A stretch of DNA of 64,000 bases. Source: Gemmatimonadales bacterium. Its GTDB lineage: Bacteria > Krumholzibacteriota > Krumholzibacteriia > LZORAL124-64-63. Below the pieces are notes generated by a model. It did not search any database. It worked only from the letters and a program-made list of their open reading frames with translations, and was not told the origin of the DNA. A program made the translations under genes and the position numbers. Positions 1-8,200 of the stretch are shown one piece after another. The stretch spans positions 6,739-70,738 of the forward strand of contig JAHOYV010000049.1 of assembly GCA_019038745.1 (NCBI GenBank), read 5' to 3'. How positions within the stretch are numbered: position 1 is the stretch's first letter; the number at the start of each line of letters is the position of its first letter.

Positions 1-840
1 GGTTTTCAATAGAAGTCCGGATTCGACGAGACGGAAAACGGATTCTGAACCTTCTTCCACGAGATCCAGGACCTCATCAATCGATTTCCCGATGCACAGT
101 TGTCCCCGGCAGCCGGTCATTTCTTCCGCGGCAGAATTGGTCAACAGGATAAACCCCCGGCAGTCGATGAGGATCACCCCTTCCTCCAGGCTGCGAAGAG
201 TGACCTGGAGCTGCTCCTTCTCGATGGCCAGGTTTTCTTCGATGACCGTACGTTCCTCCATCTCCTGGTGGAGGTCCTGATTGGCCAGGTCCAGATCCCT
301 GGCCCGCTCGGACAACATCCGGGAATCCCTTTTCCGCTGCATGGCCAGGCGCAGGAAAAAGACCAGGGTTAAGGTAGTGATGAGCTGGATCAGGCCCAGG
401 AGCATCAAAGTCCGGCGGGCCGTGAAATGAGCATCGGTCAGGTTCCAACGAACCGAAAGCGTGGCGCTACTTTGATAGGAATACTGGATGGCCACTGTGC
501 GGCTGATGAAATGATCGGTTGGCTCTTGCCGGCCATGTCGGAAGAACACAAATCCGTTGCCGGCGGTTAGGTCCAGGTAGTCAACCCTGCTCTGATACAA
601 GCTGACCCAATTGTCCAGGAAGGGCTCGATCTCCTGGTATCCGGCATTTTGCAGATCTGCATAAAGGATGGTTTCCAGCAGCTGGAGATTGGCCGTCAAA
701 TTCTCCTCCGCTTGAGTGATGTCCTCCCGCTTCTGATTCAAGGAGAATACTACTCCTATGACGGATTGGAGCAGAAATACCACAACGAGAATTACCCATG
801 GAAATCGATCCTTTGCCAGAGGAGATATTGAGTTGGCCAT
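1..840 (-). CDS. Sensor kinase-type membrane protein, N-terminal part (gene runs off the left edge of the window)
   Basis: Manual translation of the minus strand from ATG (rc of 838-840) stays open to position 1 (280 codons, no stop): MANSISPLAKDRFPWVILVVVFLLQSVIGVVFSLNQKRE...RTLMLLGLIQLITTLTLVFFLRL...coiled coil...GVILIDCRGFILLTNSAAEEMTG. It has TM1, a ~140-aa periplasmic segment, TM2, a coiled-coil linker and a PAS-like start. The start overlaps the stop of the upstream PhnD-like gene (TAATG), so the two are translationally coupled. It is absent from the ORF track because it is edge-truncated. Confidence 0.6.
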   Translation of the reverse strand, partial: MANSISPLAKDRFPWVILVVVFLLQSVIGVVFSLNQKREDITQAEENLTANLQLLETILYADLQNAGYQEIEPFLDNWVSLYQSRVDYLDLTAGNGFVFFRHGRQEPTDHFISRTVAIQYSYQSSATLSVRWNLTDAHFTARRTLMLLGLIQLITTLTLVFFLRLAMQRKRDSRMLSERARDLDLANQDLHQEMEERTVIEENLAIEKEQLQVTLRSLEEGVILIDCRGFILLTNSAAEEMTGCRGQLCIGKSIDEVLDLVEEGSESVFRLVESGLLLKT

Positions 841-1718
841 TATTCAAGATCCTTGTCTAGATACTTCAACAAATCCCTCAGCGGGTCGTAGTCCGCGTCT
901 TCGGCCGCAACCACTGCGGTGCATGATGATTTTATACTTTGCAGGATCTTCACACCGATTTCCGTCGATTTCAGATTCATCAAGGCGGTGCTGGCAGCGG
1001 CAATAAGCTCGGGGTCCAGCCGAGAGTTGGCAACGAAGACATGTTCCGGAATTTCCATGGTGGGGACCAGGCTGCGCAGCCCACGATCGGTAAACTTCAG
1101 GAAAACTTCCTCTTTGACGGCTCCTGCAGCAAAATCACCAGCCAGTATCCCGAGAGCGACGTTTTGGTGGCTATTCAGGAAGGCCTGCCCGGAGAGATCT
1201 TCAACCTTGAGTCCGGCTTGTTTCAACATGGCGTAGGGGACCAGATACATGGTCGAAAAAAGGTTAACGAAAGCCAGCCGTTTACCTCCCAGCTCCTTTA
1301 GGGAGGTCAAGGAACTGTTCTCGGCGACAACGATATGACCGCGGAAAACAGGCTCTCCATTGGTTACAATCTTGCCCAGGAGGGGATGCTCTCCAAAGAG
1401 TTTTGTCAGGTTCACGTAACCAGCGGGCCCCAGAAAGGCAAGGTCGACGGCTCCGGAGCTGATGGCGTGGAGGTGGTCCTGGTAGTTGGTGCCCACGCGG
1501 ATTTCGACAGCATAGCCCAGGGCTTCCTGCACGTAGTCGGCCAGAGGCCTGAAGTTTTTCTGCAGAACATTGTTCGGTTTATAGGGATGGATGCCCAGCA
1601 CGAGGACCTCGTGACAAGGAGCCGCGGCGGGTATCATCAGCAGGCAGGCGATCAGGAAAAATACAGGCTGGCGCAATTTTAAAACCGGATTTAAAAAATG
1701 ATTGAGCCAAGGAACCAT
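840..1718 (-). CDS. PhnD/SsuA-family periplasmic substrate-binding protein (phosphonate/phosphite ABC-type SBP fold)
   Basis: 292-aa ORF with an N-terminal signal/TM (FFLIACLLMIPAAAP), then a PhnD-like pattern (VLVLGIHPYKPNNVLQKNFRPLADYVQEALGYAVEIRVGTNYQDHLHAISSGAVDLAFLGPAGYV...). This SBP fold is frequently found fused to, or next to, sensor kinases. Confidence 0.7.
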   Translation of the reverse strand: MVPWLNHFLNPVLKLRQPVFFLIACLLMIPAAAPCHEVLVLGIHPYKPNNVLQKNFRPLADYVQEALGYAVEIRVGTNYQDHLHAISSGAVDLAFLGPAGYVNLTKLFGEHPLLGKIVTNGEPVFRGHIVVAENSSLTSLKELGGKRLAFVNLFSTMYLVPYAMLKQAGLKVEDLSGQAFLNSHQNVALGILAGDFAAGAVKEEVFLKFTDRGLRSLVPTMEIPEHVFVANSRLDPELIAAASTALMNLKSTEIGVKILQSIKSSCTAVVAAEDADYDPLRDLLKYLDKDLE

Positions 1719-1877
1719 GACTTAAGCCTCCGGCGGGATTCTTTGTAGGGCCTATAGCCCAGAATCGGGCTCTTTCTCCCCCCCCCCACTGAAGGTATCA
1801 AATATTATTTATTTCTACATCCTATTTTCCGGGACCTTTTCCAGGGTCAATGAGGCAACGATACATTTCCCTTCGAT

Positions 1878-4373
1878 TCAATCTTGAGGCTTCAATTGCT
1901 TAAGCCACCGATAAAGAGTGATCCGGGAAACCCCCAGATTCCTGGCCGTGCGGGCCTTGTTGCCTCCCGTCCTTACGATCAATGAATTCAAGGATGACCA
2001 GGTCATACCCGAAGGATGACGTTTTGGCGGGATGAAATGGCCTGGACCAGCGGGCCCCGGGTCATCGCCGGCGAATTCCAGGATGGACCCGGCGGAGCCC
2101 GTATCAATTTGTAACGCGACAGCGCGTCCCAGTTTTCGGTTCAACCAGGCCCGTTGGGCAATGGACTCCAACTCGGCCGTTCCTCCCGGCCAGTCGTAGG
2201 TTGTCAGTGCTTCCAGGGAGGGGAAGTCGAACAAGGCGTGGGCCGAGAGGGTGGATCCCTCCAGCCTCGAAAGGAAATGATCCAATAACGGCATCGTGTC
2301 TTCGGGACGCGAGCGCAGTGGGGGCACCTGGATGGTCATCAAACGCAATCTGAAGTAGAGATCGGGTCGGAATCGCTTTTCACGAACAAGTAAACCCAAG
2401 TCACGGGAAGAAGTGGCGATGATCCGCACGTTTGCTTGGTGATCGCCGGAGTCTCCGGTGGGCTGGAAGCTTCCATGGGTCATCAATCTTACAATTTTGT
2501 CCTGCAACTGGTTGGGCAGTTCGTCGATGTTGGCCAGGAGCAGCGTGCTGTCCTGGGCTTTGGTCACCAGACCCTGGGCTTCTGTTTGGCCGAAAAGCTG
2601 GTGGGCCAGCAAATCCTCGTTCGAGGCGGCGCAACTGACCCGCACCAGGGATTTCTTTCCGCGTGGGCTGTTCTCGTGGATGCGGCAGGCCAGCAATTCC
2701 TTGCTTGATCCGCACTCCCCGCTGATCAGGACCGGGTTGTCGCAGGCCGCGAATCCGTCGCTTTGGCGTAGGACCTGCTGCATGGCCCTGGATACGGCGA
2801 CGATCCGGGTGGAGGGAGCTCTTTCGGCCGAGAAACCGGCCGTCTTGGGTGAGGTTTCGGCCTGCAGGTGGCGCCTGCGCGCCAGGTCATTGACAATATC
2901 CTTCAGTTCCGCCGCCAGGTAGGTCGTATCCAGGTCCAGATTTTCCTGCCGGGCGCTGAGGGCGATTTCCCAGGCTCGATCCAGAACCTTGTCCTTGCCC
3001 ATGGTGGCATTCCCGGTGTCCAGCCGTCGAATCAGCAAACGCGCCAGGTGGTACCCGGCAACCATGGTCTCGTGATGGGCGCCAAGTTTCTTCAGTTCGT
3101 CGCGGGCCTGTTCGAGCTGGAGAATGGCCCGGGACCAGCGGCCCAGATTGGCCGAGTTGATTCCCAGGCAGCGCAGGGTCACGGCGGCCTCGTGCTCGTC
3201 CCCTACCCGGCCACAGTATTCCAGGGCGGAGTTCAAAACGTGTTGGGCCTGCTCGTGATGGCCTTCCAGATCCAGACATTCTCCCTGGCGACGCAATAGC
3301 TCCATGACCAGATCCCCTTCGGGAGCCAGGGAGCGGGCCAACGAAAGCCCTCGTCGGTAGTAGCGTTGGGCCTGGGCAGGATTCATTTCGTCCCGAAACA
3401 CGTCTCCCAGGAATTCCAGGGCCAGTACTTCCTCGCGCATCAGACCGTTCTGGCCAGCCAAGGTGTAGGCTTTCAGCAAGTCTCCCCTGGAGGCATGATA
3501 CTCGCCTTGTAATCGTTCCACATTTCCCTTGGCGATCAGGGCCCGGCACTGCATGTCGGGCAGAGAGTCGATTAATTCCAGCTCTTGTTGGAGATAGTCC
3601 CGGGCTTCGGCATATCGACTCTGTTTGTAGTGAACAATCGCCAGGTTCTGGAAATTCTGGGCCATTCGCAGTGGGGCATTCAGTTCCGTATTTATCTTCA
3701 AGCTCTTGTCGAACCAGGTGCCTGCTTCGGCCAGGCGGCCAAGGGATAGCAGCGTCCAACCCAGAAAATTGGCGGCCACGGCTGCTCGGCCGGGTTCTTC
3801 CAGGACCAGGAAAGCCGAGCCGGCGTACTCGAGATGTGGAACCGCTTCACGGGTTTTTCCTTCCCAGCGGAGGGCCGCCCCCAGAAGCATTCGCAACTCG
3901 GCCTGGTCCAGGTTGGGCGAGCCGGAATAGTGGGCCAGCATGGCTGCAGCCGCTTCGCGAACCTGGGCGTATTTTTCCTGGAATAGCTGAATGTTCAGTT
4001 CGATGATGTCGGCTCCGGGATCATCGGCGGGTAAGTGGCCCCGTAGTCTGGCTTTTACCAACCACTGCCGGCAAAGATCATGTTCTCGTTTCTCGATCAG
4101 ACACCACGCGCGCAACAGGGCGGCATTGCGGAGATCGTCTTTGGATCCCGTTCCATCGGGCAGAAAGAGATCCTCAAGCCGGGAGAGTGCTTCCGGAATT
4201 CGTCCCTGCAAGTATAGACTGCGCGCTTCATGGAAGGCCTGAGGCACGAGCCCCAGAGGGCCGGTGGCCTGGAGTGTGTGATCATTCCGGGCGTTATTGC
4301 GAGGTTCACGCTCGGGTTTCATTTCACCACCCCCTGCCGAAGCGGACCAGGGATTTTGTCCTGGTGACTTCAT
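1878..4373 (-). CDS. TPR-repeat regulator with a sigma54-activator-type AAA+ domain (degenerate motifs) and a C-terminal Fis-type HTH
   Basis: 831 aa. About 480 aa of TPR-like repeats at the N-terminus, then a bEBP-like AAA+ domain (VLISGECGSSKELLACRIHE...LFGQTEAQGLVTKAQDSTLLLANIDELP...NVRIIATSSRDLGLLVREKRFRPDLYFRL...), then an HTH (ARTARNLGVSRITLYRWLKQL). Walker A, GAFTGA and Walker B all deviate from consensus; details are in the findings. An alternative start at Met18 (4322) sits 3 nt after the stop of the upstream small ORF. Confidence 0.75.
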   Translation of the reverse strand: MKSPGQNPWSASAGGGEMKPEREPRNNARNDHTLQATGPLGLVPQAFHEARSLYLQGRIPEALSRLEDLFLPDGTGSKDDLRNAALLRAWCLIEKREHDLCRQWLVKARLRGHLPADDPGADIIELNIQLFQEKYAQVREAAAAMLAHYSGSPNLDQAELRMLLGAALRWEGKTREAVPHLEYAGSAFLVLEEPGRAAVAANFLGWTLLSLGRLAEAGTWFDKSLKINTELNAPLRMAQNFQNLAIVHYKQSRYAEARDYLQQELELIDSLPDMQCRALIAKGNVERLQGEYHASRGDLLKAYTLAGQNGLMREEVLALEFLGDVFRDEMNPAQAQRYYRRGLSLARSLAPEGDLVMELLRRQGECLDLEGHHEQAQHVLNSALEYCGRVGDEHEAAVTLRCLGINSANLGRWSRAILQLEQARDELKKLGAHHETMVAGYHLARLLIRRLDTGNATMGKDKVLDRAWEIALSARQENLDLDTTYLAAELKDIVNDLARRRHLQAETSPKTAGFSAERAPSTRIVAVSRAMQQVLRQSDGFAACDNPVLISGECGSSKELLACRIHENSPRGKKSLVRVSCAASNEDLLAHQLFGQTEAQGLVTKAQDSTLLLANIDELPNQLQDKIVRLMTHGSFQPTGDSGDHQANVRIIATSSRDLGLLVREKRFRPDLYFRLRLMTIQVPPLRSRPEDTMPLLDHFLSRLEGSTLSAHALFDFPSLEALTTYDWPGGTAELESIAQRAWLNRKLGRAVALQIDTGSAGSILEFAGDDPGPAGPGHFIPPKRHPSGMTWSSLNSLIVRTGGNKARTARNLGVSRITLYRWLKQLKPQD

Positions 4374-4713
4374 ATGGGTTGTGGGACAGGTAGGGTTGAG
4401 GCATCCACAGAATCAGGGGAGGGTGATTCGTACCCATGAAGATTATGAACGGGAGCGGGAACCATAGGTCGAGTTCCCTGACCGGCGGGGGAGCGGGAAC
4501 CACGGTGAGGCTATCCGTTTCTTCGGGATCCTTTTCTCTGGGAGTGACGGGTCCCAGAACACCGTCGCCAGGATCGCCTTCGACTGTCCGGTGCATTTCG
4601 TAAGGGTTCTTGGCCTGGGTGACTGTTGGAATCAGGACAGAAAGGAAGAGGAGCAGGACACAGAGGTAACCCAAATTTGGGCTCCATGCGTTTGGCTTGA
4701 TGTTTCGACTCAT
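4324..4713 (-). CDS. Small secreted protein with two NPYE[MV][HT]RT motifs (hypothetical)
   Basis: 129 aa with an N-terminal signal peptide (LGYLCVLLLFLSVLIPTVTQA). The motifs KNPYEMHRT and HNPYEVTRT flank a Pro-rich core. Its stop lies 1-3 nt upstream of the alternative start of the regulator gene. Confidence 0.4.
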   Translation of the reverse strand: MSRNIKPNAWSPNLGYLCVLLLFLSVLIPTVTQAKNPYEMHRTVEGDPGDGVLGPVTPREKDPEETDSLTVVPAPPPVRELDLWFPLPFIIFMGTNHPPLILWMPQPYLSHNPYEVTRTKSLVRFGRGW

Positions 4714-5060
4714 TCCAACCTCCGCGATTCGTTGATGAACTCTGTGCCGCAGGTTACCATCTTTATTGTTATTCGGTCAAGTCATTTTTCGTATTGATGT
4801 TTTTAGCGATAAGTGGTCATGGAAAACGGCCCAATATTGTGTCATAAAATTGATCTTTAATGTCAGTTGTGTAACGCGGCAAGTGTATCATTGGCACGCT
4901 GGATCAAAACTCTTATGATTCAGAAATTGAAACGATTGGATAGCTTTGAAAGTTTGCACGAGGATTGGATCCTGTTGTCATGACTCATGGAGGAGAAAAC
5001 CTGACAAAACCGAAATTCACGATTTTTTCAGTCCATTTGTTACGGATCGGGAAATTGAAG

Positions 5061-5133
5061 TGTATAATTAGGTTGCTTTCACCGCCTCCGGCAAAGGTGG
5101 AGAGTAAGGATTTTTAGGATCGGAGGCTTTTTT
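5061..5133 (+). promoter_or_regulatory. Extended -10-like box TGTATAAT followed ~16 nt later by a terminator-like hairpin with U6 (candidate leader/attenuator or ~60-nt sRNA)
   Basis: tgTATAAT at 5061-5068. Stem GCCTCCG (5084-5090) and CGGAGGC (5121-5127), then TTTTTT (5128-5133). There is no upstream plus-strand gene to terminate. It sits ~120 nt upstream of the ccsBA start, in an AT-rich 540-bp intergenic region. Confidence 0.35.
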
Positions 5134-5254
5134 GCGGGCCAAACTCATAGCTACCCGCTATATTTTTCCGAGTCAGGGTGGAACCGGATGATTGCAATTC
5201 TGTTACTCCCTGTTCGCCAAAGTTGATTGTTACCGAAAACCCCAGGTGGTAATC

Positions 5255-8200
5255 GTGAAAAAATTCTGGAGCAACCCTGTCGTCGCTTTTCTGTCTTCCT
5301 TGAAATTCAGCGCTTTCCTGATGGTCATCGCGGCCATTGCCAGCGCCAAGGCCACCTTCATCGAGTCGGATTACGGTCGGGATGCGGCCTACGACCTGAT
5401 TTATGCAGCCCATTGGTTCGAGGGGATTCTGGCCCTGCTGGTCATTTCCCTGACCCTCATTTTCTTCAAGCGCTGGCCGTACAAGGGGCGCCAGCTGGGC
5501 TTCCTGCTGGTGCACGTTTCCATCGTCGTGATTCTGGTCGCCTCGGGAATGACGCGGTATATGGGCTTCGAAGGGACGATGCCCATCCGCGAAGGATCGT
5601 CTTCGGATTCTTATTACTCCATGAAGCCTCACATCCAGGCCGAGCTGGATGGTGTGTCGGCTTCTTTCGGGGTAAGATTGTGGCGACCGGGCCAGAGCAA
5701 CATTTGGCACAAGATTCAGCTTGGGGGCCAGGATTACAAGTTGGGTGTGACCGAGTACTGGCCGCATTTCACCCAGAGTTACAAGCCGGGTCCGGGCGGG
5801 CAGCCGGGATTGCAGTTCGACCGCGACGATCACGGTCAGATGATCAGCGACACTCTCCTGAGGGGGAATCGGACGAATATAGGCCAGGCCCAGGTCTTCT
5901 ATCGCACCGGACCTTTCAGTGGTGAGGTTTCGTTGTCGAAATACGGCGATCTGCGGGTGCGCGTGGGCGGGGAATCCAGTTCCTTTCCCGTCGGTCTGCC
6001 CGATGGCCGGGAGCATGAGTGCGGCGGCTACGGATTCGAGATCACCGAATTCCAAACATCTTTCAAGGTGGGGGCTGTTTCCAGCGCCAAGGGACCGATG
6101 ACCAACCCGATGATTCGGGTGAAGGTGACCGGGCCGGACGGGACCACGGGAGAACGGTTGCTCTTTGCCCTGCACCCGGAATTCTCCATGGACCACGGGG
6201 GGGGCGAGGATGACTTCGCCGATCTGAATGTCCTCTACCAGGTCAGCAGCGGTATCGAGTTTGCTCCCGCTTCTGATGGGGTGTCCGCTGCAGATGTCGG
6301 CCTACAGGGCCGCGCAACCTTTGATCTGATTACCTTGGACCTGAAAAGTGAGGAACGGGGAGAGATTCCCGCCGGCGAGATCTTCACGGTACAGGAGCAG
6401 GTAAGGTACGGTAACGAAGCAAAGCATTTCTCCTTCGCGCCGACTGACATCATCGATTCGGTAGTGTTGGCGCCGGCCCAGGGCCAAAACCCAAAGATGG
6501 GATCCGCGGCGCGGATCGTGATTCGCGATGAGCAGGGCAACGAGTCGGAAGCGATCTGTCGCAAGTACGACTCAGGCAAGGCTGTGCGGTTGGGGGATCA
6601 CACTATCACCCTGGCTTTTAGTCCGGTGATCAGGACATTGCCCTACAGCCTGCATCTGGACGATTTTTTGCTGGAGACTTATCCCGGCAGCGATAATCCG
6701 GCTACTTATGAAAGCTATGTGTCCATTGATGACCCCGTGCACGGGGTCACCGGCCGGAAGGCTCATATCTATATGAACAGCCCCCTGAACTACCGGGGCA
6801 TCAAGCATTTCCAATCCTCCTACGATCCCGACCGGAAGGGAACAGTGTTGACCCTGAACAAGGATCCCGGCAAGTGGCCCACTTACTTCGGCTACACGTT
6901 GCTGACCATCGGCTTCATTTTGATAGTGGCCAAGGATCTGCTCTGGCCGCGACGGAAGAAAAACTCTGGTAGTGGGGCAGGTAGGGGAACGGCGACCAAG
7001 GTCGCGGCGGTTGTTTTTGTGTTGCTTGCGATGGGTACGCCGGGTGTCTCGGCTTTGGCCCAAACGGGGCACGAGGGCCACAGTCATGGGCCGGACGTTG
7101 AATGCACAACAGAACCCAACCCTGCCCAGACACCGACATTCGTCGTTCTTTCCGATCCTGCACGGGACCAGGCCAGCCGATTGCTCATCCAGGATTACCG
7201 CGGCCGCATGAAGCCGCTGGATACTCTGGCTCGCGAAATGGTCATGAAAGTGGCCAAGAAGACGAAGTTCCAGGACCGCCATCCGGTGGACATGTATCTG
7301 AACTGGACGGCGAATTCGACCTACTGGTGGACTCAGCCGGTAATCGCAGTGCGTTTCGCGGGCCTGAAGGATCTACTGGGTGTGGACCATTCGGTGAAGC
7401 ACGTCAGCCCGGCCAGTCTGTACGATAAGACGGGCAAATACCGCCTCGGGCCAGCGGTTGAGGTAGCCCACCGCACTCCTGACCGGGACCGCACCAAGAC
7501 GCAGCGCAAGCTCATCTCCTTCGACGAGCGGTTCAACTTGCTTTACATGACCTTCAAGGGCTCGACCTTGCGGCTTTTTCCCGTACCGGGGGACGCGAAC
7601 AACACCTGGTTGGATATCCAAACCGTGAGCCCCAAACTTGAGTCGGACATTGCCTCCATCTACCAGGTTGCCTACACCGACTTCTCCCAGGGGCTGATTA
7701 CCGGGGACAACATGCGGATTATGCGGGGAATCCAGGAGATGGATGCCCTTCAGCATCAATTCGGGGCCGAGGTAATTCCTTCGGATACGCAATTGAATGC
7801 CGAATTGATCTACAATCGGACCCACATCTTTTCCTGGATGATGGTGCCTCTGCTGATTGCCTTCATGATTCTCATGTCGCTGTATATCTGGAACCTGTTC
7901 CGCAACTCCGGGGCCAGGCTGAGTTTTCGCAATCCGTTCTACTCGTTGGGTATGTTCCTCTATGTCGTTGCGTTCGGCGGTATGCTCTACGCCTACGTGT
8001 TGCGCTGGATCGCTTCCGATCGAGCGCCGTTGAGTAATGGACACGAGTCGCTGCTCTTCATCGCCCTGTCGGTTGTGCTGGCCGGTCTGCTCTTCGAGTT
8101 GTTCTACCGGATGAGCGCTCCCGCCGGCTTGTCCGCCCTGCTGACGGTGGTCATCCTGGGCGTGTCGATGCTTTCGGTTTTTGACCCTGCGATCGGGCCT

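Noticed and set aside
77-847. Track ORFs 77-448(-), 100-372(+), 581-847(-) in the first 850 bp
   Set aside because: They are superseded by a single continuous minus-strand frame from ATG 840 to the window edge, which encodes a coherent TM/PAS sensor protein. The listed ORFs are in other frames and have implausible compositions.
2887-3759. 290-aa Arg/Pro/Gly-rich minus-strand ORF inside the regulator gene, and similar long antisense ORFs (5114-6196, 6572-7282, 7373-8239, 16567-17706, 23611-24126, 35964-36611, 46536-47072)
   Set aside because: All are out-of-frame or antisense overlaps of strong, family-assignable genes. Their compositions (R/P/G-rich) are characteristic of GC-rich shadow ORFs.
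4892-4906. TGGCACG sequence resembling the -24 element of sigma54 promoters upstream of ccsBA
   Set aside because: The -12 position has ATCA rather than TTGC(A/T), and the spacing does not fit GG-N10-GC. It is probably coincidental.
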